NCBI GenBank assembly: GCA_052033955.1
Contig: JBPOJD010000003.1
Span: 23,128 to 87,127 of the forward strand
Source: Candidatus Hydrogenedentota bacterium
GTDB lineage: Bacteria; Hydrogenedentota; Hydrogenedentia; Hydrogenedentales; SLHB01
Direction: 5' to 3'
DNA length: 64,000 bases
The notes below the pieces were generated by a model that saw only the letters and a list, made by a program, of their open reading frames with translations, was not told where the DNA came from and searched no databases. How positions within the stretch are numbered: the first letter of the stretch is position 1; every line of letters begins with the position of its first letter. Shown here in pieces: positions 46,678-55,891 of the stretch. A program made the translations under genes and the position numbers.

Positions 46678-47487
46678 TTAAGGCACGGTTATGGGCCACT
46701 GTGTGTCAATGGTTACGTTGCGGGACTCGGACCGCGACTCGTTGGCGACCTCGCTGAAGGTGTAGTGAAGATTGCGCGGGACGATGCGGTTGATGTACTG
46801 CTCGACCCACTGGTTGACCCGGTCGATGCCGGTGCGCGGCACGTACACAATGTCATAGGGTTCGAGAAAGAATGCCTCGCTCTGCGGCGATCGCATTGGC
46901 TTGGCGAGATCGATGGCCATCGCGTATTGCTGGTCGCCCTCGCGCCGCAGGACCACGACGTTGGACATCTGGGCGCTTTCCTTGAGATGACCGCCAGCCT
47001 GCATGATCGCCTGGAGCGGGGTCATGCGGCCTGTCAGCGCGATGACGCCCGGCGCCTGCACCTCGCCGCCGACGTAGACGCGGTGGCTCTCCAGGCCACT
47101 CACGACCACGTTGATCTCCGGATCCTTGAGCTTGTCCCGGTAGGCTTCCAGAAGCTGGTCGCGGAACTGCGCGGGCGTGCGTCCCTCGGCATGTTGCTCG
47201 CCCACCAGCGGCAGCGACAGCTTGCCGTCCGGGCGGATGGCCTGATTCTGATTGAGTTCTGGCCAGTGGATGAACTGGATCTCGAGCACGTCGCCGGCGC
47301 GCAGCAGCAGCGCGTCCTGGGTCGCCGGACCGTCCGTGTGGGCACTCTCGATGGTGCGCGGCAACGACGTGCTGGCGCATCCACCGGCGAGTGCCGCCAC
47401 GGCCATCAGAAGACCCAGGACCGCAGTGCACACCGGGGCGTACCGCCGCCCTGAGCAGCCCAAGGATGAAGCAGTAATTGGATTCAT
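46678..47487 (-). CDS. Polysaccharide export outer-membrane lipoprotein (Wza-like; Poly_export + SLBB)
   Basis: Lipobox LAGGC after the signal peptide. DVLEIQFIHWPELNQNQAIRPDGKLSLPLVGEQHAEGRTPAQFRDQLLEAYRDKLKDPEINVVVSG is the Poly_export domain. The ATG at 47487 has a GGAGGAA Shine-Dalgarno; the GTG at 47505 is the alternative. Confidence 0.8.
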   Translation of the reverse strand: MNPITASSLGCSGRRYAPVCTAVLGLLMAVAALAGGCASTSLPRTIESAHTDGPATQDALLLRAGDVLEIQFIHWPELNQNQAIRPDGKLSLPLVGEQHAEGRTPAQFRDQLLEAYRDKLKDPEINVVVSGLESHRVYVGGEVQAPGVIALTGRMTPLQAIMQAGGHLKESAQMSNVVVLRREGDQQYAMAIDLAKPMRSPQSEAFFLEPYDIVYVPRTGIDRVNQWVEQYINRIVPRNLHYTFSEVANESRSESRNVTIDTQWPITVP

Positions 47488-47586
47488 GTCCAGCGATTCC
47501 TCCACGCTTGCCGTCTGCCGGTTGCGTTGCCGGGTGGGGGGGCTTCCGATTCACCGTCCCGCCCGCGTCGACGCGCGCCGGGCTGT

Positions 47587-47608
47587 GCAAGAGCAAGCGG
47601 TGTGCCGG
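47587..47608 (-). promoter_or_regulatory. Candidate sigma-54 (-24/-12) promoter for the wza-led EPS operon
   Basis: The minus-strand sequence cCGGCACaccgcTTGCtcttgca has GG at -24 and GC at -12 with the canonical 5-nt spacing between GGCAC and TTGC. It lies about 95-115 nt upstream of the wza start codon and immediately downstream of a sigma-54-dependent activator gene. Confidence 0.45.
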
Positions 47609-47908
47609 TTTCCGAAGATAGGGGAACGCCCGGGGGGGCGCGTTCCGGGTATGCGGGGACAGCAGGATGATCGCTCCGGGCGTTGCGCACCGATTCAATG
47701 AAGCCCGTATGGTTGGGCGGACGCGGGGGCCGGTTCAGGAGCAGCGCTTCGGAAGACCCAGCGGTTTCATGCGCAATGTGTCGGGCGGCAGGTGTCGAAA
47801 ACGATTAAGGGAATGCCCGATGGCGTGTGAAGCGAACAGAGCGGGGGCGGGGGAACAGGGCCGGGCCAGCCATCGCGCGAGCGCGGCTGCGGCGGGGCGA
47901 GATGCGCG

Positions 47909-49300
47909 CTACGCGCAACGGAAGGGCACGGTCTCGTCAAGGTGATGTTTGGCGATGCGGCGCCGGAGGGCGCTGTAGCTGATGCCGAGGTTCGAGGCGG
48001 CCTGGCGCTGGTTCCACCGGCACTCGACGAGGGCGGCGAGAATGGTGCTGCGTTCGATGGCCTCGAGCTTGTCGTCGTGGGGGCCGGTCTCCGGAGCGGC
48101 CACGGCGGGAGCAACGGTTTGCAGGACCGGCTCGATGTCGCCCGTGAGGGCGTAGCGTGCCACGAGTGCTTCCAGCTCGCGGACATTCCCCGGCCATTGG
48201 TAGCGGATGAAGTGCGGGACGACCTCGGGCGGCAGCCCGGTGTGCGTGAACCCGCGCTTGGCCGCGCAGGTCTGTAGAAAATGCTCACACAGCAGCGGGA
48301 TGTCGTCGACGCGGTCGCGCAGCGCGGGCAGGGTGATGCTGAACTGGCGCAAGCGGTAGAACAGGTCCGGCCGGAAGGCGCCGGTCTCGATCATGTGCTC
48401 GAGGGGCGAGCTGGTCGCGGCGATGATGCGGCCGTCAAACAGCGTGGTTCCCTTTCCTCCGACCCGCACGAACTGCTTGTGCTCGATCACCTCAAGGAGC
48501 TTCGACTGCATCGAGGGGGACATGAGCCCGATCTCGTCGAGAAAGATGGTGCCGCCCTCGGCCAGCTCGAAGCGGCCCGGCTTCTGCGACACCGCGCCGG
48601 TGAAGGCGCCCTTCTCGTAGCCGAACAACTCGGACTCGAGCAAGGTGTCGGGGATGGTGGGGCAGTTGATCTTCACGAAGTTGCCCGTTGCGGCCCGGGG
48701 AGACAGCGCGTGGATCAGGCGGGCGACCACGTCCTTGCCGGTGCCGCTCTCGCCCCGGATCAGGACCGTCATGTCCGACGGGGCGACCTGGGCGACGAGG
48801 TCCAGCACCCGCTTGACGCACGGTGTGGCCCCGACGAAGGCAGGCAACACCTGATCCCAGTCAGTCGAGGGGGCCTGTACGGGCACGGTTCTCCTCTGGT
48901 GTCCGTTCAGATGCACAGCGGCCGTCTGACACTCGATGGCGCGGGTCGTGGACGCCGGGAGCCGGCCGAGGTCGTCCGGGCGAATGAGAAATTCGTAGAC
49001 GGCAGCGCCCAGGCGCTCGCGGAGAGTGGTGATGCCGGGTTCGGGTGCAGTGACAATCAGTTTCGCGCGGCACGGCGGACAGGTCAGTCGTTCAACCAGT
49101 TGGATGCTGGACTCGTCGATGTGCTCAATGTCGATCACCGCCACGTCAAAGCCGTCGCGGGATACGAGGGCCATAACGTCATACTCGGACTCGCCAGGGG
49201 TGATTGCGCATCCGGTCTCGTGCAGGCACCACACGAGGGCCTTGCGCCACCCCTCGGTTTCAGACCAGACCAGCACGTTCCCCTTCCGCCTGGTGTTCAT
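47909..49300 (-). CDS. Sigma-54-dependent response regulator (NtrC family; resembles PEP-CTERM-locus regulator PrsR)
   Basis: N-terminal receiver-like domain (NVLVWSETEGWRKAL...DVAVIDIEH). Central AAA+ sigma-54 activator domain (GESGTGKDVVARLIH...ESELFGYEKGAFTGA with the GAFTGA motif...GGTIFLDEIG). C-terminal Fis-type HTH (AASNLGISYSALRRRIAKH). ATG at 49300. Confidence 0.85.
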   Translation of the reverse strand: MNTRRKGNVLVWSETEGWRKALVWCLHETGCAITPGESEYDVMALVSRDGFDVAVIDIEHIDESSIQLVERLTCPPCRAKLIVTAPEPGITTLRERLGAAVYEFLIRPDDLGRLPASTTRAIECQTAAVHLNGHQRRTVPVQAPSTDWDQVLPAFVGATPCVKRVLDLVAQVAPSDMTVLIRGESGTGKDVVARLIHALSPRAATGNFVKINCPTIPDTLLESELFGYEKGAFTGAVSQKPGRFELAEGGTIFLDEIGLMSPSMQSKLLEVIEHKQFVRVGGKGTTLFDGRIIAATSSPLEHMIETGAFRPDLFYRLRQFSITLPALRDRVDDIPLLCEHFLQTCAAKRGFTHTGLPPEVVPHFIRYQWPGNVRELEALVARYALTGDIEPVLQTVAPAVAAPETGPHDDKLEAIERSTILAALVECRWNQRQAASNLGISYSALRRRIAKHHLDETVPFRCA

Positions 49301-49582
49301 CTCGACCTCCCCTTCTTTCTCACATGCAGGGTCTTTTTCACTTTTCGCTCCTATATCAAAATACCCGCAACCATCGCCATCGCCTATCGGGACGCGGCGC
49401 ATTATCGGGTCAGGGGAACCCGGATAACGCGAAAGCGGCCGATCAGGTACACTGTGGTGGGGCTCAGACCGCTCGAGCCGTCCAACCACCTTCACGCGCC
49501 GCTCTGAGCCCCCCGAGATGCGGCGCGTTTCCGGCTACAGGCCGGGTGGGAGACCTCCACCGTGTTTCCCGGAGTGAGGCCA

Positions 49583-51250
49583 ATGCGTCGTAGCGCGTCG
49601 CGCGCCGTCGGCCCGGTATCCCTGTTTCCCCTCGCGGCGGCGCTGGCGGCGGTGTTGGCGGGTCTCGGGATTGCCTTGGCCGCAGACGCCGCCACGTACT
49701 ACGTCGACGGGGCCACGGGGCGCAACACCAACAACGGCCTGAGCGCCGGTACCGCCTGGCGGACGATCCAGAAGGCGGCCACCACGGTGACCAGCGGGAG
49801 CACGGTGCTGGTGGCGCCGGGCCAGTATCCCGAGCGCGTGACCATGTCCCGGTCGGGCGCGGCCGGTGCGCCGATCGTCTTTCAGGCCATGGGACCCGGG
49901 ACACAGTGCTACGGCTTCACAGTCGAGGGGTCGGTCATCGTGCGCTACGTCATCGTGGACGGATTCGAGATCACGATGCCACGAAGCAGCACGTGGGATG
50001 TATGGGGCGCCGGAAGCGGGGTGGCGCTCGTCCATACCCAGTACTGCGAGGTGCGAAACAACTGGATCCACCACACCTTGCGCGAAGGCGTCCTGGTGCA
50101 CACCCGCGGGGCGGCGGACGGATACAACAGCAGCTTCAATGTGGTCCGCGGGAACCGCATCGAGTACGCGGGGACCTATGCGGGCATCACGGTCAACGGC
50201 GCGTCGCAGCTCATCGAGAACAACGACATCAGTCACACCATCCAGCACCCGCTCTATCCCATCCTCAGCAGCGCGGGCGGCCCGGATGCCGACGGCATCA
50301 AGTTTTCGGGGCGGGACCACGTGTTTCGCGGCAACCGGATTCACAGCCTGAGCGCCAACGACCCGGGGAATGTGGATGCGCACATCGACGCCTTCCAGAC
50401 CCTGGGCCCGGCGTACAACATCCTCATCGAGGCCAACGTCATTGACCTGCCGCCGAGCGATTCCCATGGTCAGGCGGCCATGATCAGCCAGATGGTGCAG
50501 CCTACGCGCGACCTGACCTTCCGTTACAACGTGATCTGCGCCTACACGGGCTTGAACATCTGGGGCATCCACGACCAGACGCGCGAGGTGGTTCCGATCA
50601 GCGGGATACGCATCTTCAACAATACCTTCTACGGCATGCAGGCCTACGAGATCGAGCTGCACGACTGTCCGTCGGCCGTGGTGAAGAACAACATGATGTC
50701 GGCGACCGGACGCTACATCTGGTTCAACTACCCGACGGATATTGGCTACAACGGCGTCCGCCGCCGCAGCATGGCACGTCCCAACGACGTCGTTGTCACC
50801 GATGCGCGGTTTGTGGATGCATCCGCACGCAACTTCCGGCTGCTCGCCGACAGCCCGCTGATCGACGCGGGCGTCAACGTGGGATTGGCCGAGGACTTCG
50901 ACGGCACGCCGGTTCCGCAGGGAAATGGGGTCGACATTGGAGCTTTCGAGTTTGACCTGCGGAGCACCAATGGAGGTGGTGACGACGGCGGGGGCGAGGC
51001 AGATCCCGACGACGACGGGGACGGCCTGTCCAACGCGCGGGAACTCGAGCTCGGCACCGACCCGAACAACCCCGATACCGATGGTGACGGGATCCCGGAC
51101 GGCGTCGAGGTGGCGCTCGGGCTCGATCCGCTCGACCCGGGCGACCCCGCGCTTCTGATTGTGCGCGGATGGCCGTTCTTCTTGATAGCGGGTCTGTTGG
51201 CGCTGGTGTCCCGGCGCGCGTGGCGGCCCGTCGCGCGGCGGCAACCCTGA
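49583..51250 (+). CDS. Secreted right-handed beta-helix protein (paralog of the modules in 24260..28693) with TSP3-like motifs and a C-terminal transmembrane helix plus Arg-rich tail
   Basis: ATG at 49583 after a GGAGTGAGG Shine-Dalgarno. Signal peptide [36 protein letters not shown]. The beta-helix module ([56 protein letters not shown]...) is about 60 percent identical to the modules in the giant protein. The C-terminus reads ...[82 protein letters not shown]. Confidence 0.8.
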   Translation: MRRSASRAVGPVSLFPLAAALAAVLAGLGIALAADAATYYVDGATGRNTNNGLSAGTAWRTIQKAATTVTSGSTVLVAPGQYPERVTMSRSGAAGAPIVFQAMGPGTQCYGFTVEGSVIVRYVIVDGFEITMPRSSTWDVWGAGSGVALVHTQYCEVRNNWIHHTLREGVLVHTRGAADGYNSSFNVVRGNRIEYAGTYAGITVNGASQLIENNDISHTIQHPLYPILSSAGGPDADGIKFSGRDHVFRGNRIHSLSANDPGNVDAHIDAFQTLGPAYNILIEANVIDLPPSDSHGQAAMISQMVQPTRDLTFRYNVICAYTGLNIWGIHDQTREVVPISGIRIFNNTFYGMQAYEIELHDCPSAVVKNNMMSATGRYIWFNYPTDIGYNGVRRRSMARPNDVVVTDARFVDASARNFRLLADSPLIDAGVNVGLAEDFDGTPVPQGNGVDIGAFEFDLRSTNGGGDDGGGEADPDDDGDGLSNARELELGTDPNNPDTDGDGIPDGVEVALGLDPLDPGDPALLIVRGWPFFLIAGLLALVSRRAWRPVARRQP

Positions 51251-51333
51251 ATCAGGGGACGGCTTGGTTTTTGTGCTTGTCTTTGTGGCGGCGGGTCCCC
51301 GATACTCTGTGGAACTACCGGAAAGGGAATGCC

Positions 51334-53916
51334 ATGCCGCGCACGCCTCTCAATGACGGTCCCCGGTCGCCGCTGTTCAGCCCCATACCCCTTGCCGGCA
51401 CGACTTCGCTGAAGGCGCTGTCCCGCCAAGGCACGTCGGAGGCGATGCGCGCCAACGCATGCCACGCGCCCGAGGGACCATGCACGGCGTGGGGCATCCC
51501 CTTCGACGTGGGGCGGGTCATCCTGGCGTCGGACCGGCCCGTGGTGGAGACGTGGCGAGGCTTCAAGGCGCCGTGGCTGGTCTTCATGCACACGACCGAC
51601 TTTGTGCCACCGGACCGCAACGAGGACGGACTCATTTCGCCGATGCGTGGTGCGGGCCGCTTGGGCGAGTGCGTTGCGGATTACGTCTTCGTGTACGCGG
51701 ACGGCACCGAGGTGCGGGAGAAGATCCTGCGGCGGCGGCAGATCGGCATGCTGATGCGGACGCACTGGGGCGAGGTCTGTTTCGAGGCCGTCGGTCCGCA
51801 GAAGCCGCATCCCGTGCCGTCCCTCACGGACCAGCCGCAGTTCGGGGGAGCGTGGGGCTGGTCGCAGCAGCACATTGCCAATCCGGACTGGAAACCGTGG
51901 ATGAACTGGCTCTGGGCGTGGGAGAACCCGCACCCGCGCAAGCCGATCACCGGGCTCCGTATCGAGCCCAAGGCGCCGCTCGTCATTTCGGCGGTGACAC
52001 TTGGCCGGGTGTCGTCGATGCCGTTGCGCTGGGGATCGCGTCAGAAGGCCCTGTGGCGCCTGCCCAAAGGTGAGCGCTTCGACCCGGCGTATGCCGCGAA
52101 CGGCACCGTGAAGCAACTACAGATCGACCTGGGACAGGTGATCTCCGTGATGCCGAAGTTCGAGTACCCGAATGACACGTGGAAGGATTCCTACAACAAC
52201 CAGGTGCCGGCCGTTCGCGAGGATACGTTCATCGTCGAGTACACCGCCCACCCTGAGGCACGGTTCCACTTCGCCGATGGAACGGCGGTGCCCGTCGAGG
52301 CACTGGGCAGCCGCAAGGCGTTGACACCGGTTGCGCCTGCGACGCGCCGTGTGCGGCTTCGGGTTGTCGAGAAGGGCAGCACCACGCCCGTAGCCGTCAA
52401 GCTGCACGTGCACGGCGAGGCGGGCGAGTACCTGGCGCCCGTTGACCGGCACCGCATCCCGAATCCGAACTGGTTTGAGGACTACGGCGCGGACTTCCTC
52501 AACGAGCGCAACCACTTCTGCACCTATATCCCCGGCGAGACGGTCATCGACCTGCCGCTGGGAACGGTGTACATCGAAGTGAGCAAGGGGTTCGAGATCG
52601 CGCCTATCCGCCGGGTGGTCAAGGTTGGCCCGAACACGAGGAAAATCACGTTCACACTGAAACGGGTGCTGCCGTGGCGGGCGCGCGGCTGGGTGACGGC
52701 GGACACGCATGTGCACTTCCTGTCGCCGCCGACCGCGGGGCTCGAGGGGGCGGGTGAAGACGTCAACGTCGTCAACCTGCTGGCGAGCCAGTGGGGCGAG
52801 CTCATGACGAATGTCGGCGACTTTGACGGCAGGACGACGTTCGGCGCCCGGGAGGCAGGCGGCACGGGCGAGTACCTCGTCCGGGTGAGCACGGAGAACC
52901 GCCAGCATACCCTCGGGCACATTTCGCTGCTAGGCTATAGCGGCCCGATCATCGCGCCGATGTGCGCGGGCGGGGCCGATGAATCCGCGCTGGGCGATCC
53001 AGTCGCGATCCTGCTGACCGAGTGGGCGCAGCAGTGCCGTAAACAGGGGGGTATGGTGGTCATTCCACATTTCCCCAATCCCCGGGCCGAACACGCGGCG
53101 ACAATCGTCACCGGCAACGCCGACGCGATTGAGATGACCTCGTGGGGCTGGCACTACGGCGGTATTGACCCGTATTCGCTGTCGGACTGGTACCGCTATC
53201 TCAACTGCGGCCACTTTATCCCCGCGGTCGGCGGCACGGACAAGATGAGCGCGGACACAAGCGTCGGGACCATCCGCACCTATGCGCGGCTTCCCGAGGG
53301 CCGGGAGTTTACGTACGACGCGTGGATGGACGCGGTGCGTTCGGGCAACACCTTTGTTTCCTATGGACCGCTGGTCGAATTTACCGTAGACGGCCGGTCG
53401 GCGGGGTCACGCATTTCGATGGGCCGCAGCGGGGGCACGGTGGACGTCGAGTGGACGGTTGCGAGCGTGACGGTGCCCCTGTCCCGCGTCGATCTGGTCG
53501 TCAACGGGGAGATCGTCGAAAGCCGGGCCCTCGACCCGCGCGAGGATACGGGGCGCTGCCGGGTGAAGGTCGGGAAGAGTTCGTGGATGGCACTCCTCGT
53601 GCGGGGCCACTATCCAGACAAGCCGGAGATGATTGCCGCGCACACCTCGCCGGTCGTGGTGCCGGTGGAGGGCTCACCGTTCTTTGCGGCGGCCGACGCC
53701 TTGACCATCCTCGAACAGATCGAGGGCGCGATCGCCTTCTTTGACACGATGGCCACGCGGGCGGACGAGACGGCCCGCAAGCGCATGCGGCTCGTGCTCA
53801 CCGGCGCGTACCGCGCCCTGCATAACCGCCTGCACCAGCAGGGCTACGACCACCCGCACACGCACGTCACCGACCACCCCGGCCACCATCGGGCGCGCGG
53901 CCCGCGGCGACGTTGA
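51334..53916 (+). CDS. Large cytoplasmic protein with a C-terminal PHP-type (CehA/McbA-like) metallohydrolase domain
   Basis: WVTADTHVHFLSPP (HxH motif I), GHISLLG, MVVIPHFPNP and GGTDKMS resemble PHP-domain metal ligands. The N-terminal 450 aa or so are of unknown function. ATG at 51334 follows an AAAGGGA Shine-Dalgarno. Assignment is tentative. Confidence 0.5.
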   Translation: MPRTPLNDGPRSPLFSPIPLAGTTSLKALSRQGTSEAMRANACHAPEGPCTAWGIPFDVGRVILASDRPVVETWRGFKAPWLVFMHTTDFVPPDRNEDGLISPMRGAGRLGECVADYVFVYADGTEVREKILRRRQIGMLMRTHWGEVCFEAVGPQKPHPVPSLTDQPQFGGAWGWSQQHIANPDWKPWMNWLWAWENPHPRKPITGLRIEPKAPLVISAVTLGRVSSMPLRWGSRQKALWRLPKGERFDPAYAANGTVKQLQIDLGQVISVMPKFEYPNDTWKDSYNNQVPAVREDTFIVEYTAHPEARFHFADGTAVPVEALGSRKALTPVAPATRRVRLRVVEKGSTTPVAVKLHVHGEAGEYLAPVDRHRIPNPNWFEDYGADFLNERNHFCTYIPGETVIDLPLGTVYIEVSKGFEIAPIRRVVKVGPNTRKITFTLKRVLPWRARGWVTADTHVHFLSPPTAGLEGAGEDVNVVNLLASQWGELMTNVGDFDGRTTFGAREAGGTGEYLVRVSTENRQHTLGHISLLGYSGPIIAPMCAGGADESALGDPVAILLTEWAQQCRKQGGMVVIPHFPNPRAEHAATIVTGNADAIEMTSWGWHYGGIDPYSLSDWYRYLNCGHFIPAVGGTDKMSADTSVGTIRTYARLPEGREFTYDAWMDAVRSGNTFVSYGPLVEFTVDGRSAGSRISMGRSGGTVDVEWTVASVTVPLSRVDLVVNGEIVESRALDPREDTGRCRVKVGKSSWMALLVRGHYPDKPEMIAAHTSPVVVPVEGSPFFAAADALTILEQIEGAIAFFDTMATRADETARKRMRLVLTGAYRALHNRLHQQGYDHPHTHVTDHPGHHRARGPRRR

Positions 53917-54061
53917 CTCCGCGGGCCGCTCACGAGGCACGGCTGGACTGACAAGACTCTCGAAAACGAGGGATGGCTTGTGTATAGTGCTTCGTGGCAG
54001 AGGCTGCCGCGGGGGTGGCTGGGAGTTACTGGGCCGTTGGTTATACTGTGTGGGAACGGGC

Positions 54062-55888
54062 ATGTCCTTAGAGGTAAATGAAACCGTACCAGTGAGGCGC
54101 AAGGGATTCAGCGCCTTTTTCCACGTCGTCGCGTATTTCTTGCCTTCTCTTTATCCTGTCTGGGACAAGATCCTTCTCAAGTTTCTCATCGGCAATTGTA
54201 TGACGTTTCTCGGGGTGTCCGGGGCCATGGTGGCCGGGAAGGTGGTGGACGAAGGCCTTGCCCCGCTCGACATGGACCGCTTTATGTTCTGGATTGGTCT
54301 CGGCGGCCTGATCTCCCTGATAGTAGCCTCGCTGGGCCTCTGCAATACCATCATCGGCGCCTACATCAACGCGGTGCTCGAGGCCCGCTTTCGCTTCTCG
54401 GTATTCGATCACCTCCAGAAGCACTCACTGCGTTTTTTCCAGTCGCGCCCCGTGGGCGAGCACATGTATCGCACCAACGACGACACGATGATGACGGTAC
54501 AGTTCGTTGGCGTGGCGTTTCTCCAGTTGCTTGAACGGCTTCAGACGGTGACCATCGCGCTGGGCGTGATCTTTACGGTAAACGTCTCGGTCGGGCTGAT
54601 TGTGCTGGTCTACATGGTCTTCTATGCCCCGGTCAGTCACATTGCCGCTTCGTTTGTGCGCAACATGCATTTCACCTCGCGCTGGCGCATTCAGCGGTCC
54701 TTCGCCACACTCCAGGAGAACCTTGCGGGCTATCCCGTCGACAAGATGTTCGCTACCGAACGCCGCAATCTGCGCACCTACTACGCCATCCTGTCCGATG
54801 CCACGCGGTACGCGATTCGCTACATGAACTTCAGTTCCATCCTCAACCATTTCATATCGGGTATTGGCGGCAATCTCCTGCGCTCGGTGTTCCTGCATGT
54901 GTCCGGGGTGATGTTCTTCGGGTACCTGGTCATGTCGGATCGCCTGAGCACCGGCGAATACATTTTCATGGGCGGCGTGCTGGTGACCCTGATTGGCCCC
55001 TTCGAGGAACTGATTGCCTCGGTCGCGGGCATGCGTATCTGGGCGGTGCCCGCGGAACGCATGCTCGAAACCCTTGAGGTCAAGCCGGAGATCGAGAATG
55101 TTCCGGCGCCCAAGCGCATCACGGCACCTCAGGGCGTCGTCGAGTTCGAGAACGTCTCGTTCCGCTACGGGCCCGGCATGCCGGACGTGGTGAAGGGACT
55201 GTCCTTCCGCGCAACACCGGGCACGATGACCGCCTTCGTCGGGTTGTCGGGGGCCGGAAAGACGTCGGTGTTCAACCTGCTCATGCGGTTCTATGATCCC
55301 ACCGGCGGGTGCGTGCGCATCGATGGCGAAGATCTTCGCGCGTACGACCTGAAGTCCTATCGCGACCATGTGGGCCTGGTGTTGCAGGAGAGCTACCTGT
55401 TCTCCGCGACGCTGCGCGACAACATTCTCGTCGGTAACCCCCATGCCACGGAAGAGGCCGTGACGGCCGCCCTGCGCCGCGTCGACATGGAGGAATTCGT
55501 GCGGCGGCTGCCGTACGGACTGGATGCGGTCATGTCCGAAGCGGGCAATGTGTCGGTGGGCGACCGTCAGCGCATCAGCATTGCCCGCGCCTTGCTGCGG
55601 GATCCGCAGTTCCTGTACCTGGACGAGCCGACGGCATCGCTCGACCCCGAGACGACCCGCGAAATTGCCAGGCATCTGGATGTGGTGATGGCGGGGCGGA
55701 CGAGCATCGTCATTGCCCACAGCCTGCAACTCATCACCGGCGCGGATCAGATCATCGTGATGGACAAGGGCGTGGCGATTCAGCGCGGCAAACACGCCGA
55801 CTTGCTCGAGCAACCGGGATTCTACCGTGAGATGTGGTACGCCGAACTGGAGAAGAACCGGCGTGACGTTCAGGCGAGGGGAAACTAG
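54062..55888 (+). CDS. ABC transporter permease/ATP-binding protein (exporter type; MsbA/HlyB-like half transporter)
   Basis: Six-transmembrane domain, then an NBD with GLSGAGKTSVFNLLMRFYDP (Walker A), LSVGDRQRISIARALL (ABC signature variant) and FLYLDEPTASLD (Walker B). ATG at 54062. No N-terminal C39 peptidase domain. Confidence 0.85.
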   Translation: MSLEVNETVPVRRKGFSAFFHVVAYFLPSLYPVWDKILLKFLIGNCMTFLGVSGAMVAGKVVDEGLAPLDMDRFMFWIGLGGLISLIVASLGLCNTIIGAYINAVLEARFRFSVFDHLQKHSLRFFQSRPVGEHMYRTNDDTMMTVQFVGVAFLQLLERLQTVTIALGVIFTVNVSVGLIVLVYMVFYAPVSHIAASFVRNMHFTSRWRIQRSFATLQENLAGYPVDKMFATERRNLRTYYAILSDATRYAIRYMNFSSILNHFISGIGGNLLRSVFLHVSGVMFFGYLVMSDRLSTGEYIFMGGVLVTLIGPFEELIASVAGMRIWAVPAERMLETLEVKPEIENVPAPKRITAPQGVVEFENVSFRYGPGMPDVVKGLSFRATPGTMTAFVGLSGAGKTSVFNLLMRFYDPTGGCVRIDGEDLRAYDLKSYRDHVGLVLQESYLFSATLRDNILVGNPHATEEAVTAALRRVDMEEFVRRLPYGLDAVMSEAGNVSVGDRQRISIARALLRDPQFLYLDEPTASLDPETTREIARHLDVVMAGRTSIVIAHSLQLITGADQIIVMDKGVAIQRGKHADLLEQPGFYREMWYAELEKNRRDVQARGN

Positions 55889-55891
55889 ACG

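Noticed and set aside
24493-51000. Inverted approximately 1.3-kb beta-helix paralogs flanking EPS locus B, as a possible recombinational inversion switch
   Set aside because: The copies are only about 60 percent identical at protein level, hence more divergent at DNA level. That is too diverged for efficient homologous recombination. More likely an old gene-family expansion.
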